This document shows, in pieces, positions 36,607-47,353 of a stretch of 64,000 bases of DNA. This stretch comes from a virus, in IMG/VR virus record IMGVR_UViG_3300025941_000016, positions 1 to 64,000 of that record; one strand, written 5' to 3'. Every line of letters begins with the position of its first letter. Position 1 is the first letter of the stretch. The translations under genes were made by a program, and so were the position numbers. Below the pieces are notes generated by a model that was not told where the DNA came from, made no database searches, and saw nothing but the letters and a program-made list of their open reading frames with translations.

Positions 36607-38082
36607 TCAGGCGGCGAGCATCTGGGGTCCGGCCTTCACCTTCGGCACGGTCACCCCGGCGAGCCCAGCGGCCACCGTGTTGCCGGAGATCGTGTTGCCG
36701 CCAGCCCCACCAGACCATGTGCCGGTGAGCTGTCCGGGCGCCACGTCACAGTAGTTGCCGCTCACCGTGTTGTACATCGACCGTCGGGCGTCAGCCCTGT
36801 CGCCGCCGTTCTGGTCCAGGTAGATCGTGATGCTGGCCGGGTTGCCCCAGAGGTAGTTGCCCGTCGCACTGTCGTGGTTGCTGGACTGGATGACGAGCCC
36901 GGCCGCGCGCCACGGGTCGAGCCTCGCGCCCTTGCCGTTACCGGCGATCAGGTTGCCGGAGAACGTGTTGTTCCCGCCGGTCTCGTCACACAGGCCCGAG
37001 CCGTAGTTGCTGTAGATCAGGTTGCCGACGAACGCGTTTCCGCTGCTCGGGCTGGCCGACACATGGTCGCCGGTCAGTCCGCAGCTCACGTCCATCCACA
37101 GCCCCGGGCCGCCGATACCGCCATAGGAGATACCGGCCGGGTTCGCCTTGTGGATCAGATTGCCGGTCCACGTCGCACCGGTCATCAGCGCCATTTTGAT
37201 CCCGCCATTGTCACCAGGTCCGGTGTCGACCGCGGCGGAAGTGAAGTTGGCGTAGAACTGGTTGTAGCGAACCGTCGACCCTGCGCCGCCGCCCATGATC
37301 CCGTGCGCCTGGTTGTGGTGCACCGTGCAGTTCTCGATCAGCGACCGGTCGCCCAGCCCGAAACCGGTGTAGGAGCCGGCCAGCTCGCAGTTCGCCACAT
37401 GCCAACCGGCCGCGCCCGGACGGGCACCCCGGCCGTTCGACTCGATCGCCGAGTAGTAGTAGCCGACCGGGGACTTGCCGCTACACCCCTGGACGGTCAT
37501 GTTGAAGATCCCGACACCTGTGGCCGACGAGTCTGGGTTCGTCCACCACACGTTGTTCGTGATCGTGAGGCCCGCGCCCTGGCCGTAGAACTGCTGCCCC
37601 GCCTTCGGGTACACGACAGACGGGCCCGTGTAGGTCCCTGCGGCCAAGGCGAACACAGTCCCCGCAGGGTTGGCCTGCGCAAAGCTGTTGATGTTCGCCC
37701 CGGCGGGGATCGGCACAGCCCCCGACGGGATCGCCAGCGGGGCAGGCATCAGCACCCGGTCCGGCCATGCCGACGTGTCCGCCAGGTTCGTCGTGCCACC
37801 CCAGTAGACGCCATCCGCCGGAGGCGGAGTCGAGCCGCCCCCGGAACCGCCTGAGCCGCCCGAACCGCCGGTACCGCCCGAACCCGAACCGCCAGGCTGC
37901 GGCGGCGCCACCATCTGCGGCAGCCACAGCACCGACGACCCCTCGGCCACCACCCACACCGAGTCGCCCACCGACGGAGGCGTAGAGCCGGGCGCCGCGG
38001 ACACGGCGGGCTGCGGGGCGATCTGCACCGACGGACGGCCCTGCGAATCGACCGACACCACGATGCCCTGAAAGACGCTCAT
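36607..38082 (-). CDS. Tail spike-like protein: OB-fold-like N-terminus + right-handed beta-helix
   Basis: QGIVVSVD...PSVGDSVWV; Gly/Ser linker; parallel beta-helix repeats (IENCTVHHN, GNLIYSN); GGAGGT RBS. Confidence 0.8.
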   Translation of the reverse strand: MSVFQGIVVSVDSQGRPSVQIAPQPAVSAAPGSTPPSVGDSVWVVAEGSSVLWLPQMVAPPQPGGSGSGGTGGSGGSGGSGGGSTPPPADGVYWGGTTNLADTSAWPDRVLMPAPLAIPSGAVPIPAGANINSFAQANPAGTVFALAAGTYTGPSVVYPKAGQQFYGQGAGLTITNNVWWTNPDSSATGVGIFNMTVQGCSGKSPVGYYYSAIESNGRGARPGAAGWHVANCELAGSYTGFGLGDRSLIENCTVHHNQAHGIMGGGAGSTVRYNQFYANFTSAAVDTGPGDNGGIKMALMTGATWTGNLIHKANPAGISYGGIGGPGLWMDVSCGLTGDHVSASPSSGNAFVGNLIYSNYGSGLCDETGGNNTFSGNLIAGNGKGARLDPWRAAGLVIQSSNHDSATGNYLWGNPASITIYLDQNGGDRADARRSMYNTVSGNYCDVAPGQLTGTWSGGAGGNTISGNTVAAGLAGVTVPKVKAGPQMLAA

Positions 38083-38183
38083 CGCGCACCTCCGGCGGCG
38101 AACACAGAAAAGCCGGATGCCTACGAAAGGCAACCGGCTTGAAGAAAGGGGTTAGCGTTGCCGCGCCGACTCTCGCCCGGCAT

Positions 38184-38651
38184 TCATTTCTCGCAGCCGA
38201 GCTTCCGCGCCGCGTCAGCGTGGGTTGTCACAACCCGTCGCGCCAACGGGCTGGACGTCGGCGACAGCGTCACATGGCCAACCGCGTCAAACGCGACACA
38301 ACTCGCATCCCGCTGCTGCTGAAGTTGTGCGATCGACTGCCGGGTGCTGTGCACATACAGCCCCACAAGAGCAGCCAGCAGCGCCGCGAGGACAAGACCG
38401 GCGATCCTGAACCGGCGGCGCACTGCGACCCGGTCAGCTTCCACCTCGGTCAGCGGCGCCGACTCGTCCCCTACCCGCTTCACCTCGGCTGCCTGCTCGG
38501 CGAGACGCCGCTCATATTCGGCCCGGTCGCGTTCGGACTGCTCCCGGGCATGGTCGATAGCCCGCTGCAAGGCGCTCGTATCACCGGCGAGCCGGTCTAT
38601 CGACGCACGCAGCTCAGCGAGTTCGGGGGCGAGGTCACGCGGCGCCGTCAT
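38184..38651 (-). CDS. Coiled-coil membrane protein (lysis-associated)
   Basis: Coiled coil, one TM segment, two C-terminal Cys. Confidence 0.7.
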   Translation of the reverse strand: MTAPRDLAPELAELRASIDRLAGDTSALQRAIDHAREQSERDRAEYERRLAEQAAEVKRVGDESAPLTEVEADRVAVRRRFRIAGLVLAALLAALVGLYVHSTRQSIAQLQQQRDASCVAFDAVGHVTLSPTSSPLARRVVTTHADAARKLGCEK

Positions 38652-38820
38652 CCCGACCCCCTTCCGGTTCGTCGTCGAGCGCGCCGAGCAACTGCCGCAA
38701 CTCGGCGATCCCGTCGTCTATCCGCTGCCGCATTTCGTGGGCCTGCCGTAGGAGATCCCTCATAGCCCGCAGCCGGTTCACGGTGGCTGGTGGGAGCAGT
38801 GGGCGGTCGGCGAGGGCCAT
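38635..38820 (-). CDS. Small coiled-coil protein
   Basis: Coupled to neighbours. Confidence 0.55.
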   Translation of the reverse strand: MALADRPLLPPATVNRLRAMRDLLRQAHEMRQRIDDGIAELRQLLGALDDEPEGGRDDGAA

Positions 38821-39200
38821 CACGATGTGCCCGCCCTCCGGTTGAGCGCTGCGACATATTCGCGCGAAATCTCAGCGGTACGGGTGAGCGCTGGAACAAC
38901 CTCGTCCCGCACAAACGCATTCGACGCGTCAACACCTGCGCGTAGCGCGGCGATTTCCCGCTCGTGGGCCGCGATCGTCTGATCTTTGGCGCTAATTTCC
39001 CGCCGGTGGGCCGCATCCCGGGCGTCAAGCTCCGCCTGGTGGGCGGAGTCCTGCCGGGACACCACCCACCCGGGAACCAGCATCCTTGTCAGCAGCAGAA
39101 CGACGACAATCCCGAGCACCCCGTAGCCGAGGACTTGGGACAGCACATCCGCCGGAGGGCTGTCTGCGGCGACAGCGGCAGCGGCGAGGACGGCGAACAT
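38820..39200 (-). CDS. Holin-like membrane protein
   Basis: YGVLGIVVVLLLTRMLVPGW TM segment + coiled coil. Confidence 0.7.
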   Translation of the reverse strand: MFAVLAAAAVAADSPPADVLSQVLGYGVLGIVVVLLLTRMLVPGWVVSRQDSAHQAELDARDAAHRREISAKDQTIAAHEREIAALRAGVDASNAFVRDEVVPALTRTAEISREYVAALNRRAGTS

Positions 39201-39219
39201 AGGCGTCCGTTCCGAATGG

Positions 39220-42200
39220 TCAGTCGGGTAGGACAGGGGACAGTTGGCAGGTGACCTTCCACGACTGGCCGTCCGGCTCCACGCTGATGGAATGCGAAAG
39301 CGCGTCCACATAGCCGTTGAACGTCCACGAAGGCGCACCCACGGGCCGCAGCACAACCTGGTTCAGATCGGAAATGTCCATCGACAGCGCCACGGTGAAC
39401 AGGTCGTCCGGGTTCGCCGACGGCTCGAATCTGAACGCGGACAGCCGAGTCCGCGGCGACGAATACTGGCGGAGCAGCAGTTGGGCACGTTGCGCCGCGT
39501 CCTCATCAAAACCGGTTCTGATCGTCTGCGTGAAGGTCCGCGGAAAGTATTTCGTCATCGACGCCGAGTCGGAAACACTCGCCAACGCCCCACCATCGCG
39601 GGTCACCGAAACCTGGTTGTACACATAGGTCGGGTCGGTGTCCGTTTCCAACCCGTCCAGCTCGTAGGGCAGACCAGTAGCCGGGTCGAACACGTTCACC
39701 GGAGTGGCCTGCGACGGCCGGTAGGAACGGTCCTCGAAGCAGGGCGCCCCGTCGGCCAGACTGTACACTTGGCCTTTGTCGGCATCGCCCTGGTCTTGGA
39801 TCGAATCCAGCGCAGACTGGCCGCCCAGCCCGGACAGGCCGAAGGTCCCCGCCGAACCGGCATAGGTCCGGCCAGGCATGACCGACCTGAGGTTCTTCGG
39901 CCATCCCCAATAGTTCAGAACCCGGTCGACACGTTCCCCGGTAGTTTCAGGAACATAGCCGGCCGCCGGGCCATAGCCGCCGTACACACCGACGACCCAG
40001 TGAGCGTTGACCCGCGTTTCGGTGAGTTCCTTGTTGTAGAATGCGACATGGGAGACGAATCCGTTGTACTGGTTGGCGGTCGCTGTCGTCCCGATCCAGT
40101 CGCCGCCGATAACCGTGTGGGCCACCGGGTTGCCGAAACTCGCCGTCCCCTGCCACAGATACTCGTGGGTCCCATCGGTCAGCCAACCGGCATAGTTGCC
40201 CGCATACAAGGTGATCACACCCGTGTAGCTGACGGTCACAGCCGCATAGTTGCCAAAGCCGCCTCCCAACAGAATGCCGCCCGACGACTCGTAGACCTTC
40301 GTCCCGCCGACATACAGGGTGAGCTGCTGGGCGACAGTCCGACCCACCATGATCTCGATGCCTGTTTTGTTACCGGAGCCGTCGAGATGGCAGAAAATCG
40401 GCGCCGAGGTTGGGGTCGTCGTTCCGTCCTGGCCGAAGAACAGGTCCATCGACCACGGGCCGCCCATAAAGTTCGCGTCGTTCCCCGCAGACAGGTCCAA
40501 CACATCTGCCTGATAGGGGAAGCTCGTCGACGCGGACGGGTTGAGCCGCAGCGCAGCCCCCCCGTCGAAAATGATCGTCTGGCCGCCGAACGTCGACTTG
40601 CCGCCGCCCGCCGACGCGGACACCAGCTTCGCCAGCGACCCGGCGGCCGCCACATCCCCAGCGCCACCGGCCGACGCCGATTCGGCCAGCGGGTAGAACG
40701 CCACCGGCCCGTCGAGCAGCACTTCCTGCTCGTAGGTGGTCCGCATCGTGCCCTGGCTGAGTGCGGCCAGGGAATCCACACAGGTGATCTCCGGAAGGGA
40801 CAGTGATGGTGTGACCCAGGTCTGCGGCCACCGCTCGACAAACCCGGCCCACAGCGGGTAACGCAAACCCCGCCAGATCGCAGTCACTCGGATCGGGACC
40901 AGCGGCACAAGATCCGGCGAATACGGCCCGGCAGTGTTGGTCGGGTCGAACCGGCCGCCCGAGTTGTCGACAATGATCGACGCGGTGCCAGCCTCGAACC
41001 TGTCCAACTCGTACTGTCGGGACGCCCGGTTCAACTCCAAGCCGCGGACATAGCGGGAGATGTCCGTCCACGGGACCGCCGACGTACATTCGATGCCAGC
41101 GATGACGTGCTGCTCACCTGCGGCGAGCCCCACCCAGCCGACGACCAGGTTCAGCCGGGACGCCCCAGCTGCGGGTGTCGAGGTGATGGTGACGGTTGTC
41201 CACCCGGTCGCCGAGTCGGCGAACGTCTCCACATCCTGGTTGGTGGAGGTCGCATTGGCTGCGTCTGCCCACTCGGCGGTCACACCACCGAACCGCGGCG
41301 ACAGCCCGGCGCGAACCCGCAGGGTGATCGTGTACTCGACGCCGGGGATGATGGTCCCCGCGTCGGTGATCAGTAGCACCCCCGCAGCACCGTCGGTCAG
41401 GGCGGTGACCAGCAGGCAGTTACGCCACGGCGCCGGGGCGAAGTTCTGCCCCCACAGCAGGCTGGAGTTACCCGAAGTGCCCCACCGTCCGATCGACCGT
41501 GAGAACGTCGCCGAGTCGCCAACGATCGGCGGGTAGGCCAACGGCGACGCCGGATCCAACCCGAATCCAGCCTCGACAACCACCTGGGGCCACAGCGTTG
41601 ACCCGACGGTGCCGATCCCGCCGCCGCCAACACCCCCACCTCCGCCACCGCCACCGCCACCACCTCCGCCGCCACCTGTGGGGGCTGCGGGGACGATCTC
41701 GAAGACGATCCACGACAGATCCCCGAAGGGCGCCGTGGTCGCGATCTCCATCGTCGTCCCGGCGGACACCGGTGAGGTGTAGGACAAGACGGCGCCGGTC
41801 ATCGACCCGGTGATCGACGAATAGCGGCTGCCAGGTGAGACGGTGGGTGCGCCGGAGCCCGACAGGTCGGCGTAGATCGCCCACAGTTGGGAGCCGGTGC
41901 GGGTGCAGGTCATCGACTGGGCCATGAGCGACGACGGACCCGACGGGGTGCCACCCCCACCGCCGGTACCTGTGCCGGTGGTTGCCTGCGGACCGGCGAG
42001 CAGGGTCGGAACGGTGACTCCGGAGAATCCGCCGACGACCGTGTTCCCGGAGATCGTGTTGTTTCCCGAGCCGCCGGACCAGTTACCGGTGATCTGCGCG
42101 GGGGCAACGTCTAGATGGTTACCGATGACAGAGTTGTTCTTCGACCGGTTGGCGTCGGCCCGGTCGCCACCCGTCTGATCCATGTAGATGATGACGGAAC

Positions 42201-43620
42201 TTCCGCCGTTGTTCCAAATGTAGTTGTTCTGGACCGTGTCATGGTTGGACGACTGGACGGCGATTCCACATCTGCGGAAGCCGTCAAGGCCGCTGCCGTA
42301 CGCATTGCCGACGATCAGGTTGTTCTTGAAGACGTTGTTTCCGCCGGTTTCGTCGCAGATGCCACCCGAATAGTTCGAGTAGATGATGTTACTATCGTAG
42401 ACGTTCCCGAACGCCGGATAGTTCCCAGTCCTGTCGGCCAGGTTGATACCGCAGGAGACATCCTGCCAGACACCGTGGCCGCCAATGCCACCGTAAGACC
42501 CGCCGTTTCCATTGCCCTTGTGGATCAGATTGCCGATCCACGTGGCACCGGTCTGCAACGCCATTTTGACGTTCGAGTCGTCCGCGCCCGAATCGTAATA
42601 ATTATTCTGGCCGGGGGTCAGGTTGAAAAAGAACTGGTTGTACCGGATGATCGAGCCCTGCTCGCCGTCACCGATAGCCTTGCCACCGTTGTGATGCAGC
42701 GTGCAGTTCTCCAGGATGAAGTTCGGCCCGAGCTGAATGCCAATGTAACAGTTGGTGATCTCGCAGTTGGCCACATGCCAACCGCTGGCAGTCTGGTTCT
42801 CCGAGAAACACGAGTCGATCGCACCGCGCTGCGAGGTGTTCGGACCCACATCGCGCAACGTCAGATTGAAAATGCCAATGTTCGTGGTGGCCGAGCTTCC
42901 CCGGTGAATCTGAATGTTCGACAGGATCGTTTTACCGGCGCCCTGGCCGTAGAACTGCTGACCTGGGTTAGGAACGATCGTGTAGCCGCCGCTGTAGGTT
43001 CCAGCGTCGAGGACGAACACAGTCCCCGCGCCGTGGCTCGACGCGGCCGACGCGATATTCGATCCGAGCGGAATACGCACCGCACCCGACGGGATCGGCA
43101 GCGCCGATGGCATGATGACCGAGTTAGGGTAGGCGGTCGTGTCATTGACGTTCGTCGACCCGCCGTAGTAGTTGCCGGTGCTGCTACTTCCGCCGCCCGA
43201 CGAGCCGCTGGAGCCCGACCCCGAACCGGACGATGGGTTCCCAACACCAGTCACATGCTGCGGGAACGTCGCCGCCAGATCAGCGCCTGTAAACACCAGC
43301 ACTTGGACAAACTTCGCACGACTGTTATCCGATGCGCCGACAACTGTCACCGTCCGCGGCGCCGCCGCCGTCGCGATCGTCGCCCAAAAATCGACCTCGG
43401 CGGTTGTCGACGTCGGCGCCCGCCAATCCCAGCGGGGCCAGTCCAACCTGCCCGAGTCGAACGCGAACGCGCCAACCGTCGTCCCATCGGCGCGGGGCGC
43501 CATCGCCGCGAGAATGACAACAACCGACCCAGCCGGAGCGGTAAACGTGGCTGTCGTCGCGTTGCCTGTCGCCACGTAGACCGCGGGCGGGGACGACGGG
43601 TCGACAGCGAGAGTCATCAC
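39220..43620 (-). CDS. Large minor tail protein (beta-helix + CBM-like + LamG/ConA + tail-tip domains)
   Basis: Follows the tape measure; WTDISRYVR...DNSGGRFDP, DGPVAFYPLAE, HVAFYNKEL, YNQVSVTR. Confidence 0.9.
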   Translation of the reverse strand: MMTLAVDPSSPPAVYVATGNATTATFTAPAGSVVVILAAMAPRADGTTVGAFAFDSGRLDWPRWDWRAPTSTTAEVDFWATIATAAAPRTVTVVGASDNSRAKFVQVLVFTGADLAATFPQHVTGVGNPSSGSGSGSSGSSGGGSSSTGNYYGGSTNVNDTTAYPNSVIMPSALPIPSGAVRIPLGSNIASAASSHGAGTVFVLDAGTYSGGYTIVPNPGQQFYGQGAGKTILSNIQIHRGSSATTNIGIFNLTLRDVGPNTSQRGAIDSCFSENQTASGWHVANCEITNCYIGIQLGPNFILENCTLHHNGGKAIGDGEQGSIIRYNQFFFNLTPGQNNYYDSGADDSNVKMALQTGATWIGNLIHKGNGNGGSYGGIGGHGVWQDVSCGINLADRTGNYPAFGNVYDSNIIYSNYSGGICDETGGNNVFKNNLIVGNAYGSGLDGFRRCGIAVQSSNHDTVQNNYIWNNGGSSVIIYMDQTGGDRADANRSKNNSVIGNHLDVAPAQITGNWSGGSGNNTISGNTVVGGFSGVTVPTLLAGPQATTGTGTGGGGGTPSGPSSLMAQSMTCTRTGSQLWAIYADLSGSGAPTVSPGSRYSSITGSMTGAVLSYTSPVSAGTTMEIATTAPFGDLSWIVFEIVPAAPTGGGGGGGGGGGGGGGVGGGGIGTVGSTLWPQVVVEAGFGLDPASPLAYPPIVGDSATFSRSIGRWGTSGNSSLLWGQNFAPAPWRNCLLVTALTDGAAGVLLITDAGTIIPGVEYTITLRVRAGLSPRFGGVTAEWADAANATSTNQDVETFADSATGWTTVTITSTPAAGASRLNLVVGWVGLAAGEQHVIAGIECTSAVPWTDISRYVRGLELNRASRQYELDRFEAGTASIIVDNSGGRFDPTNTAGPYSPDLVPLVPIRVTAIWRGLRYPLWAGFVERWPQTWVTPSLSLPEITCVDSLAALSQGTMRTTYEQEVLLDGPVAFYPLAESASAGGAGDVAAAGSLAKLVSASAGGGKSTFGGQTIIFDGGAALRLNPSASTSFPYQADVLDLSAGNDANFMGGPWSMDLFFGQDGTTTPTSAPIFCHLDGSGNKTGIEIMVGRTVAQQLTLYVGGTKVYESSGGILLGGGFGNYAAVTVSYTGVITLYAGNYAGWLTDGTHEYLWQGTASFGNPVAHTVIGGDWIGTTATANQYNGFVSHVAFYNKELTETRVNAHWVVGVYGGYGPAAGYVPETTGERVDRVLNYWGWPKNLRSVMPGRTYAGSAGTFGLSGLGGQSALDSIQDQGDADKGQVYSLADGAPCFEDRSYRPSQATPVNVFDPATGLPYELDGLETDTDPTYVYNQVSVTRDGGALASVSDSASMTKYFPRTFTQTIRTGFDEDAAQRAQLLLRQYSSPRTRLSAFRFEPSANPDDLFTVALSMDISDLNQVVLRPVGAPSWTFNGYVDALSHSISVEPDGQSWKVTCQLSPVLPD

Positions 43621-43650
43621 ATGCTCCCGCTGTCGACGCCGACGTTCAGA

Positions 43651-46600
43651 TCAGACCCCTGCGATACGGGCCAGACCGTTGCTGGGGTTACGGCGGTTGT
43701 ACCGGAGGGATTGCTTCTGGGTGGACTTGAAAACCTTCTGGCCGTCGATGACGACATCGGACGCCTGCACCGTCAGGTTGATCGTGATGCCGCCTCCGCC
43801 GCCCGACGGCTGCATCCCCACCCAGCCGCCGGACGCCTTCCCGCCGGCCAGAATCGACTTGGTCTCGTTGGCCGGATGGATGTAGGCGGGTGCGCCGAAC
43901 ACGGCCAGCTCCGGGCCACGCTCACCGACAAGCACCGCCTGGCCGACGGGCGGGGAACCACCCTCGGCAAACGGGGCAATCTTGTTCAGGGTGCCGACGA
44001 ACCCGCCGACCGCCTTGGCGACACCACCGATACCTCCGGTGATGGTGCTGATCGCATGACCGATCGAGTCGAAGATCGGTTTGAGGACACCCCAGATCGT
44101 GGTAACCGTGGTCTTGATCCCACCCCAGATCGTGTCCCAGGTGATTTTGAGGGCGCGGAGCGCGGCACCGATCGCCGTGTCAAGCGCCCCGCCAATCGCG
44201 TTGAACGTCGGCGACAGGAACGACGTCCACACCGTGGACACGGCAGTGTGGATCGCCCCCCAGATCGTATTCCACGTGGTCTGCAAAGCACGCAGCCCAA
44301 ACCCGATCACAGCGTCGAACGCCGAAGCGATCGCATGGAACGTTGGCGACAGGAAACCATTCCAGATCGCGGAGAGGGCTGTTTGAATAGCACCCCACAC
44401 GGCGTTCCATGTCGCCTGGAGCAGACGCAGCCCGAAGCCGATGACCGCGTCGAACGCTGTTGCGATCGCGTGGAACGTGGGCAGCAGTACCGAGTTCCAC
44501 ACAAACGACACGGCGGTGCCAAGCGCCGACCAGATCCCGTTCCAGATCGCCTGAGCTAGGCGAAGGTTACCGATGATGAACGTTTCGACGCCTGAGGCAA
44601 TCGCATGGAAGGCGGGCAGCAGCACCGAGTTCCACACCCAGTTGACTGCGGTTCCGAGCGCATTCCAAACGGTTCGCCAGGCAGTTTCCAGCCAGCGGAT
44701 CGCCGTTCCAATCGTGCCGGTGACGACCGAGGCAACACCCTTGCCGAACGGTTCGAGCACGTTGTGCCAGAACCAGAGGACCGCCTTGCCGATCGCCCGG
44801 TAGGCGATCTCCCAGGCCAGAATCTGCAACCGGATCGGCAGCAGCAGAAGGTTGATCGCCTTCGCGATGGCCTTGAGGATCGGCTCCAGGAAATGCCAGG
44901 TGGCGAGCGCTGCTGTTCTGATCGCACCCCACGTGACCCGGGCCGCGGTCGTCAAAGCGCCTGTAACGGCCCGCCAGGCGGTTTCAACCCCACCCACGGT
45001 CGCCCGAAATGCTGAGACGAACGGGCGAGCGACGGCCGACAGGAATGAGATTGTGGCCCGCCACGCTGTCGACAGTGCCGATCCGACCGCGCGCCAGGCG
45101 GTGACGATCCCACCCCATGCCGCCTTGAGGCCGCCGATCATGCCGTTCCAGCCGGCGACGAAAAACCCGGAGACGGCACGCCACGCGGTTACCAGCGCGC
45201 CGATGGTCGCCGACCAGGCGATTTTGAGTGCGTCCCAGACCGCCAGTGCGGCGGTTTTCATCGCACCCCAGACGGTCGACCAGTGCTTGACGAGTTCGTA
45301 GATGGCGAAACCGAGCAGCGCCAGAGCCGCGACGATGAGAATCACGATCGCTGTGATCGGTGCGGCGGCGACCTCTGCGCCGACCAGGGCAATCCCGAGC
45401 GCAACAACAGCCTCAATCACACCGTAGATCCACATGGCGACGGAAAGTGCCATGAGGGCCGCGAACGCTATAACAATGCCCTTCGTAAGGTTCTGGTGGC
45501 TCGCGAAGAACTTGGCGATCGCTTCTAGCTTCGGAATCAGCCAGTTGCCAAGCTGGATCATCAGCGCCTTGGCGGACATCTCCAGTTGCTTCAACTGCTG
45601 GGAAAACGAGTTCGCCTGCGTGGACGCGAACGCCTTGTTGATGTCGCCGGTCGCGGAGCCGGCAGCCTTGACCTTCTCCGTGTAGACCCCGTAGGCGCCG
45701 ATCATGTCGGAGATCGAGTTGCCGCCCTTGGTCCCGAACATGCTGGTCAGGGCGATCTGCTTCTTCAGATCGGCTTCCTTGCCCGAGCCGTACAGCTTGT
45801 CGAGCGACATCTTGATGTCACCGATAGCCTTCGGCAGGCCGCCTGTCGTAATGTCTTTCGACAGCTTGTCTACGGACAGGCCCATCTCGTTGAAGTATTT
45901 CGGTGCCGTCGCCGCGGGATGCAGCAGATACTTCATAGTGTTCGTCATCGCCGTGCCGGCAGCGGCGCCGCGAAGGTTCATGTCACCGAACAGGGCGAGA
46001 GACGCCGTCACATCGGTGATCGACAGGCCATAGTTCTTCCAGATCGCGACATTGCCCTTGCCGAAGGCGTCGGACATGTCCTGCATCGACATGTCGCCCT
46101 CACCGACAGCAGCAACGAGCTGACCGGCCGCCTTGGAAAGGTTTTCCATCCCGGGCAGGCCGGAGACCATCGCCGCGTCGAGGGCGTTGGTTACGTCGAC
46201 CAGGTTCGCCCCGGAGACCGCGGCGGCCTTACCGGCGATCGTCAGGACATCCATCGCCTTCGGGGCGCTGCTCCCCATCGACTTCGTGGCGGCCTCGACG
46301 TGGAGCAGCGCTTCGGCAAGCGAATCCGGGTCTTGGCCGATTTTGCCGGCCAGGGCGAGCACCTGACCCTTGAGTGCGTTGACCTGTGGCATGGTCATGC
46401 CCAACTGGGAGTTGAGCTTGACCATCTCCTTGTCAAAGTCGGCGGCCATTTTGACCGACTCGGCTCCGACGGCAATGAACGCGACGGCAGACGCTTTACC
46501 GAAGGCGGTGACGGCCTTGCCCATGGCGGCGACGGCCTTCTCCCGCGACGCGGCAATCTTCGCGTCCGCGGCAGCCTGCGCGGCTACCTGGGCGTCGAGA

Positions 46601-46908
46601 GCGGCCTTCCACTCGATCGTGCCTACGGTGGCCGCCCGAGTCTGGGCAACCTGCATCGCCAGCGCGTTGCGGTCTGCGGCAACAGCCTGCTTCGCCCATT
46701 CGGCATCCCAGGCCGCACCCCATTTGGCTGCACCCTCAGCCCCGGACAGGGCCATCGCGTCGTCGGCAGCTTTGACCGCGGCGGCGCTCCGTTCCGCCAT
46801 CTCCCCGACGGCGACGCCGGCTTCCTTCATGGAGGCGGCGAACTCGGCCGCATTCGCGACGAGTTCGATCATCACCGGGGGGAGAAGACCCTTGAGGGCG
46901 GAGGCCAC
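43651..46908 (-). CDS. Tape measure protein
   Basis: About 1085 aa, Ala-rich helical; KMAADFDKEM TP901-type core; periodic Trp repeats; FAEGG..VGERGPEL; GGAGGT RBS before GTG 46908. Confidence 0.95.
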   Translation of the reverse strand: MASALKGLLPPVMIELVANAAEFAASMKEAGVAVGEMAERSAAAVKAADDAMALSGAEGAAKWGAAWDAEWAKQAVAADRNALAMQVAQTRAATVGTIEWKAALDAQVAAQAAADAKIAASREKAVAAMGKAVTAFGKASAVAFIAVGAESVKMAADFDKEMVKLNSQLGMTMPQVNALKGQVLALAGKIGQDPDSLAEALLHVEAATKSMGSSAPKAMDVLTIAGKAAAVSGANLVDVTNALDAAMVSGLPGMENLSKAAGQLVAAVGEGDMSMQDMSDAFGKGNVAIWKNYGLSITDVTASLALFGDMNLRGAAAGTAMTNTMKYLLHPAATAPKYFNEMGLSVDKLSKDITTGGLPKAIGDIKMSLDKLYGSGKEADLKKQIALTSMFGTKGGNSISDMIGAYGVYTEKVKAAGSATGDINKAFASTQANSFSQQLKQLEMSAKALMIQLGNWLIPKLEAIAKFFASHQNLTKGIVIAFAALMALSVAMWIYGVIEAVVALGIALVGAEVAAAPITAIVILIVAALALLGFAIYELVKHWSTVWGAMKTAALAVWDALKIAWSATIGALVTAWRAVSGFFVAGWNGMIGGLKAAWGGIVTAWRAVGSALSTAWRATISFLSAVARPFVSAFRATVGGVETAWRAVTGALTTAARVTWGAIRTAALATWHFLEPILKAIAKAINLLLLPIRLQILAWEIAYRAIGKAVLWFWHNVLEPFGKGVASVVTGTIGTAIRWLETAWRTVWNALGTAVNWVWNSVLLPAFHAIASGVETFIIGNLRLAQAIWNGIWSALGTAVSFVWNSVLLPTFHAIATAFDAVIGFGLRLLQATWNAVWGAIQTALSAIWNGFLSPTFHAIASAFDAVIGFGLRALQTTWNTIWGAIHTAVSTVWTSFLSPTFNAIGGALDTAIGAALRALKITWDTIWGGIKTTVTTIWGVLKPIFDSIGHAISTITGGIGGVAKAVGGFVGTLNKIAPFAEGGSPPVGQAVLVGERGPELAVFGAPAYIHPANETKSILAGGKASGGWVGMQPSGGGGGITINLTVQASDVVIDGQKVFKSTQKQSLRYNRRNPSNGLARIAGV

Positions 46909-46927
46909 GGCGGACCTCCCGAGAACG

Positions 46928-47353
46928 TCAGAACAAAGTCCGCCGGATCGCCGCCAGCGCGGCTGTCTGCATTTCGCCGTACGCCGTGCTGTAAGCCGGC
47001 TGCACGTAAGGCCGAGGTGGCAGTGTTGTGCGATGGTGCCGACCGGTGGCCCCACCCAGTTCCTGGATGCGGGCGTAGACGACTGACGGGCCGACGGCGA
47101 CATAGCCGGGGCGGGTTTCGACCATCACGGAGCGGCGAAGGGTGCCGCTGATGACCGCTGGTGGCGCGCCGGGCGGGGACGGGGTGGGTGTGCCTCTGCG
47201 ATGGGAGTAGACCGACAGCTGCCGTTTGATCGACGCCTCGGCGACCGCCGCGCCAGCCTTCGCGCCTGCCATCGCGGCAAGGTCAGCCTTGGCGCCGAGC
47301 GCGTTCAGTCCGGCGAGCAACGCCTCCACGTCGACCCGGAGGGCCATCACCAT
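46928..47353 (-). CDS. HK97 gp10-like tail completion/neck protein
   Basis: SPPGAPPA.ISGTLRRS...VYARIQELGG...LPPRPY. Confidence 0.8.
   Translation of the reverse strand: MVMALRVDVEALLAGLNALGAKADLAAMAGAKAGAAVAEASIKRQLSVYSHRRGTPTPSPPGAPPAVISGTLRRSVMVETRPGYVAVGPSVVYARIQELGGATGRHHRTTLPPRPYVQPAYSTAYGEMQTAALAAIRRTLF

Noticed and set aside
36607-43170. Diversity-generating retroelement TR/VR pair
   Set aside because: The duplication spans a whole domain with divergence at all bases, not only adenines; no reverse transcriptase is in the window.
42115-44559. Long plus-strand ORFs (also 4271-5830, 39244-40806, 45586-47151, 49594-51303)
   Set aside because: Antisense shadows of well-supported minus-strand genes, expected in high-GC DNA.
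44050-45290. Novel repeat element in the tape measure gene
   Set aside because: Ordinary Trp-periodic amphipathic repeats typical of tape measure proteins.
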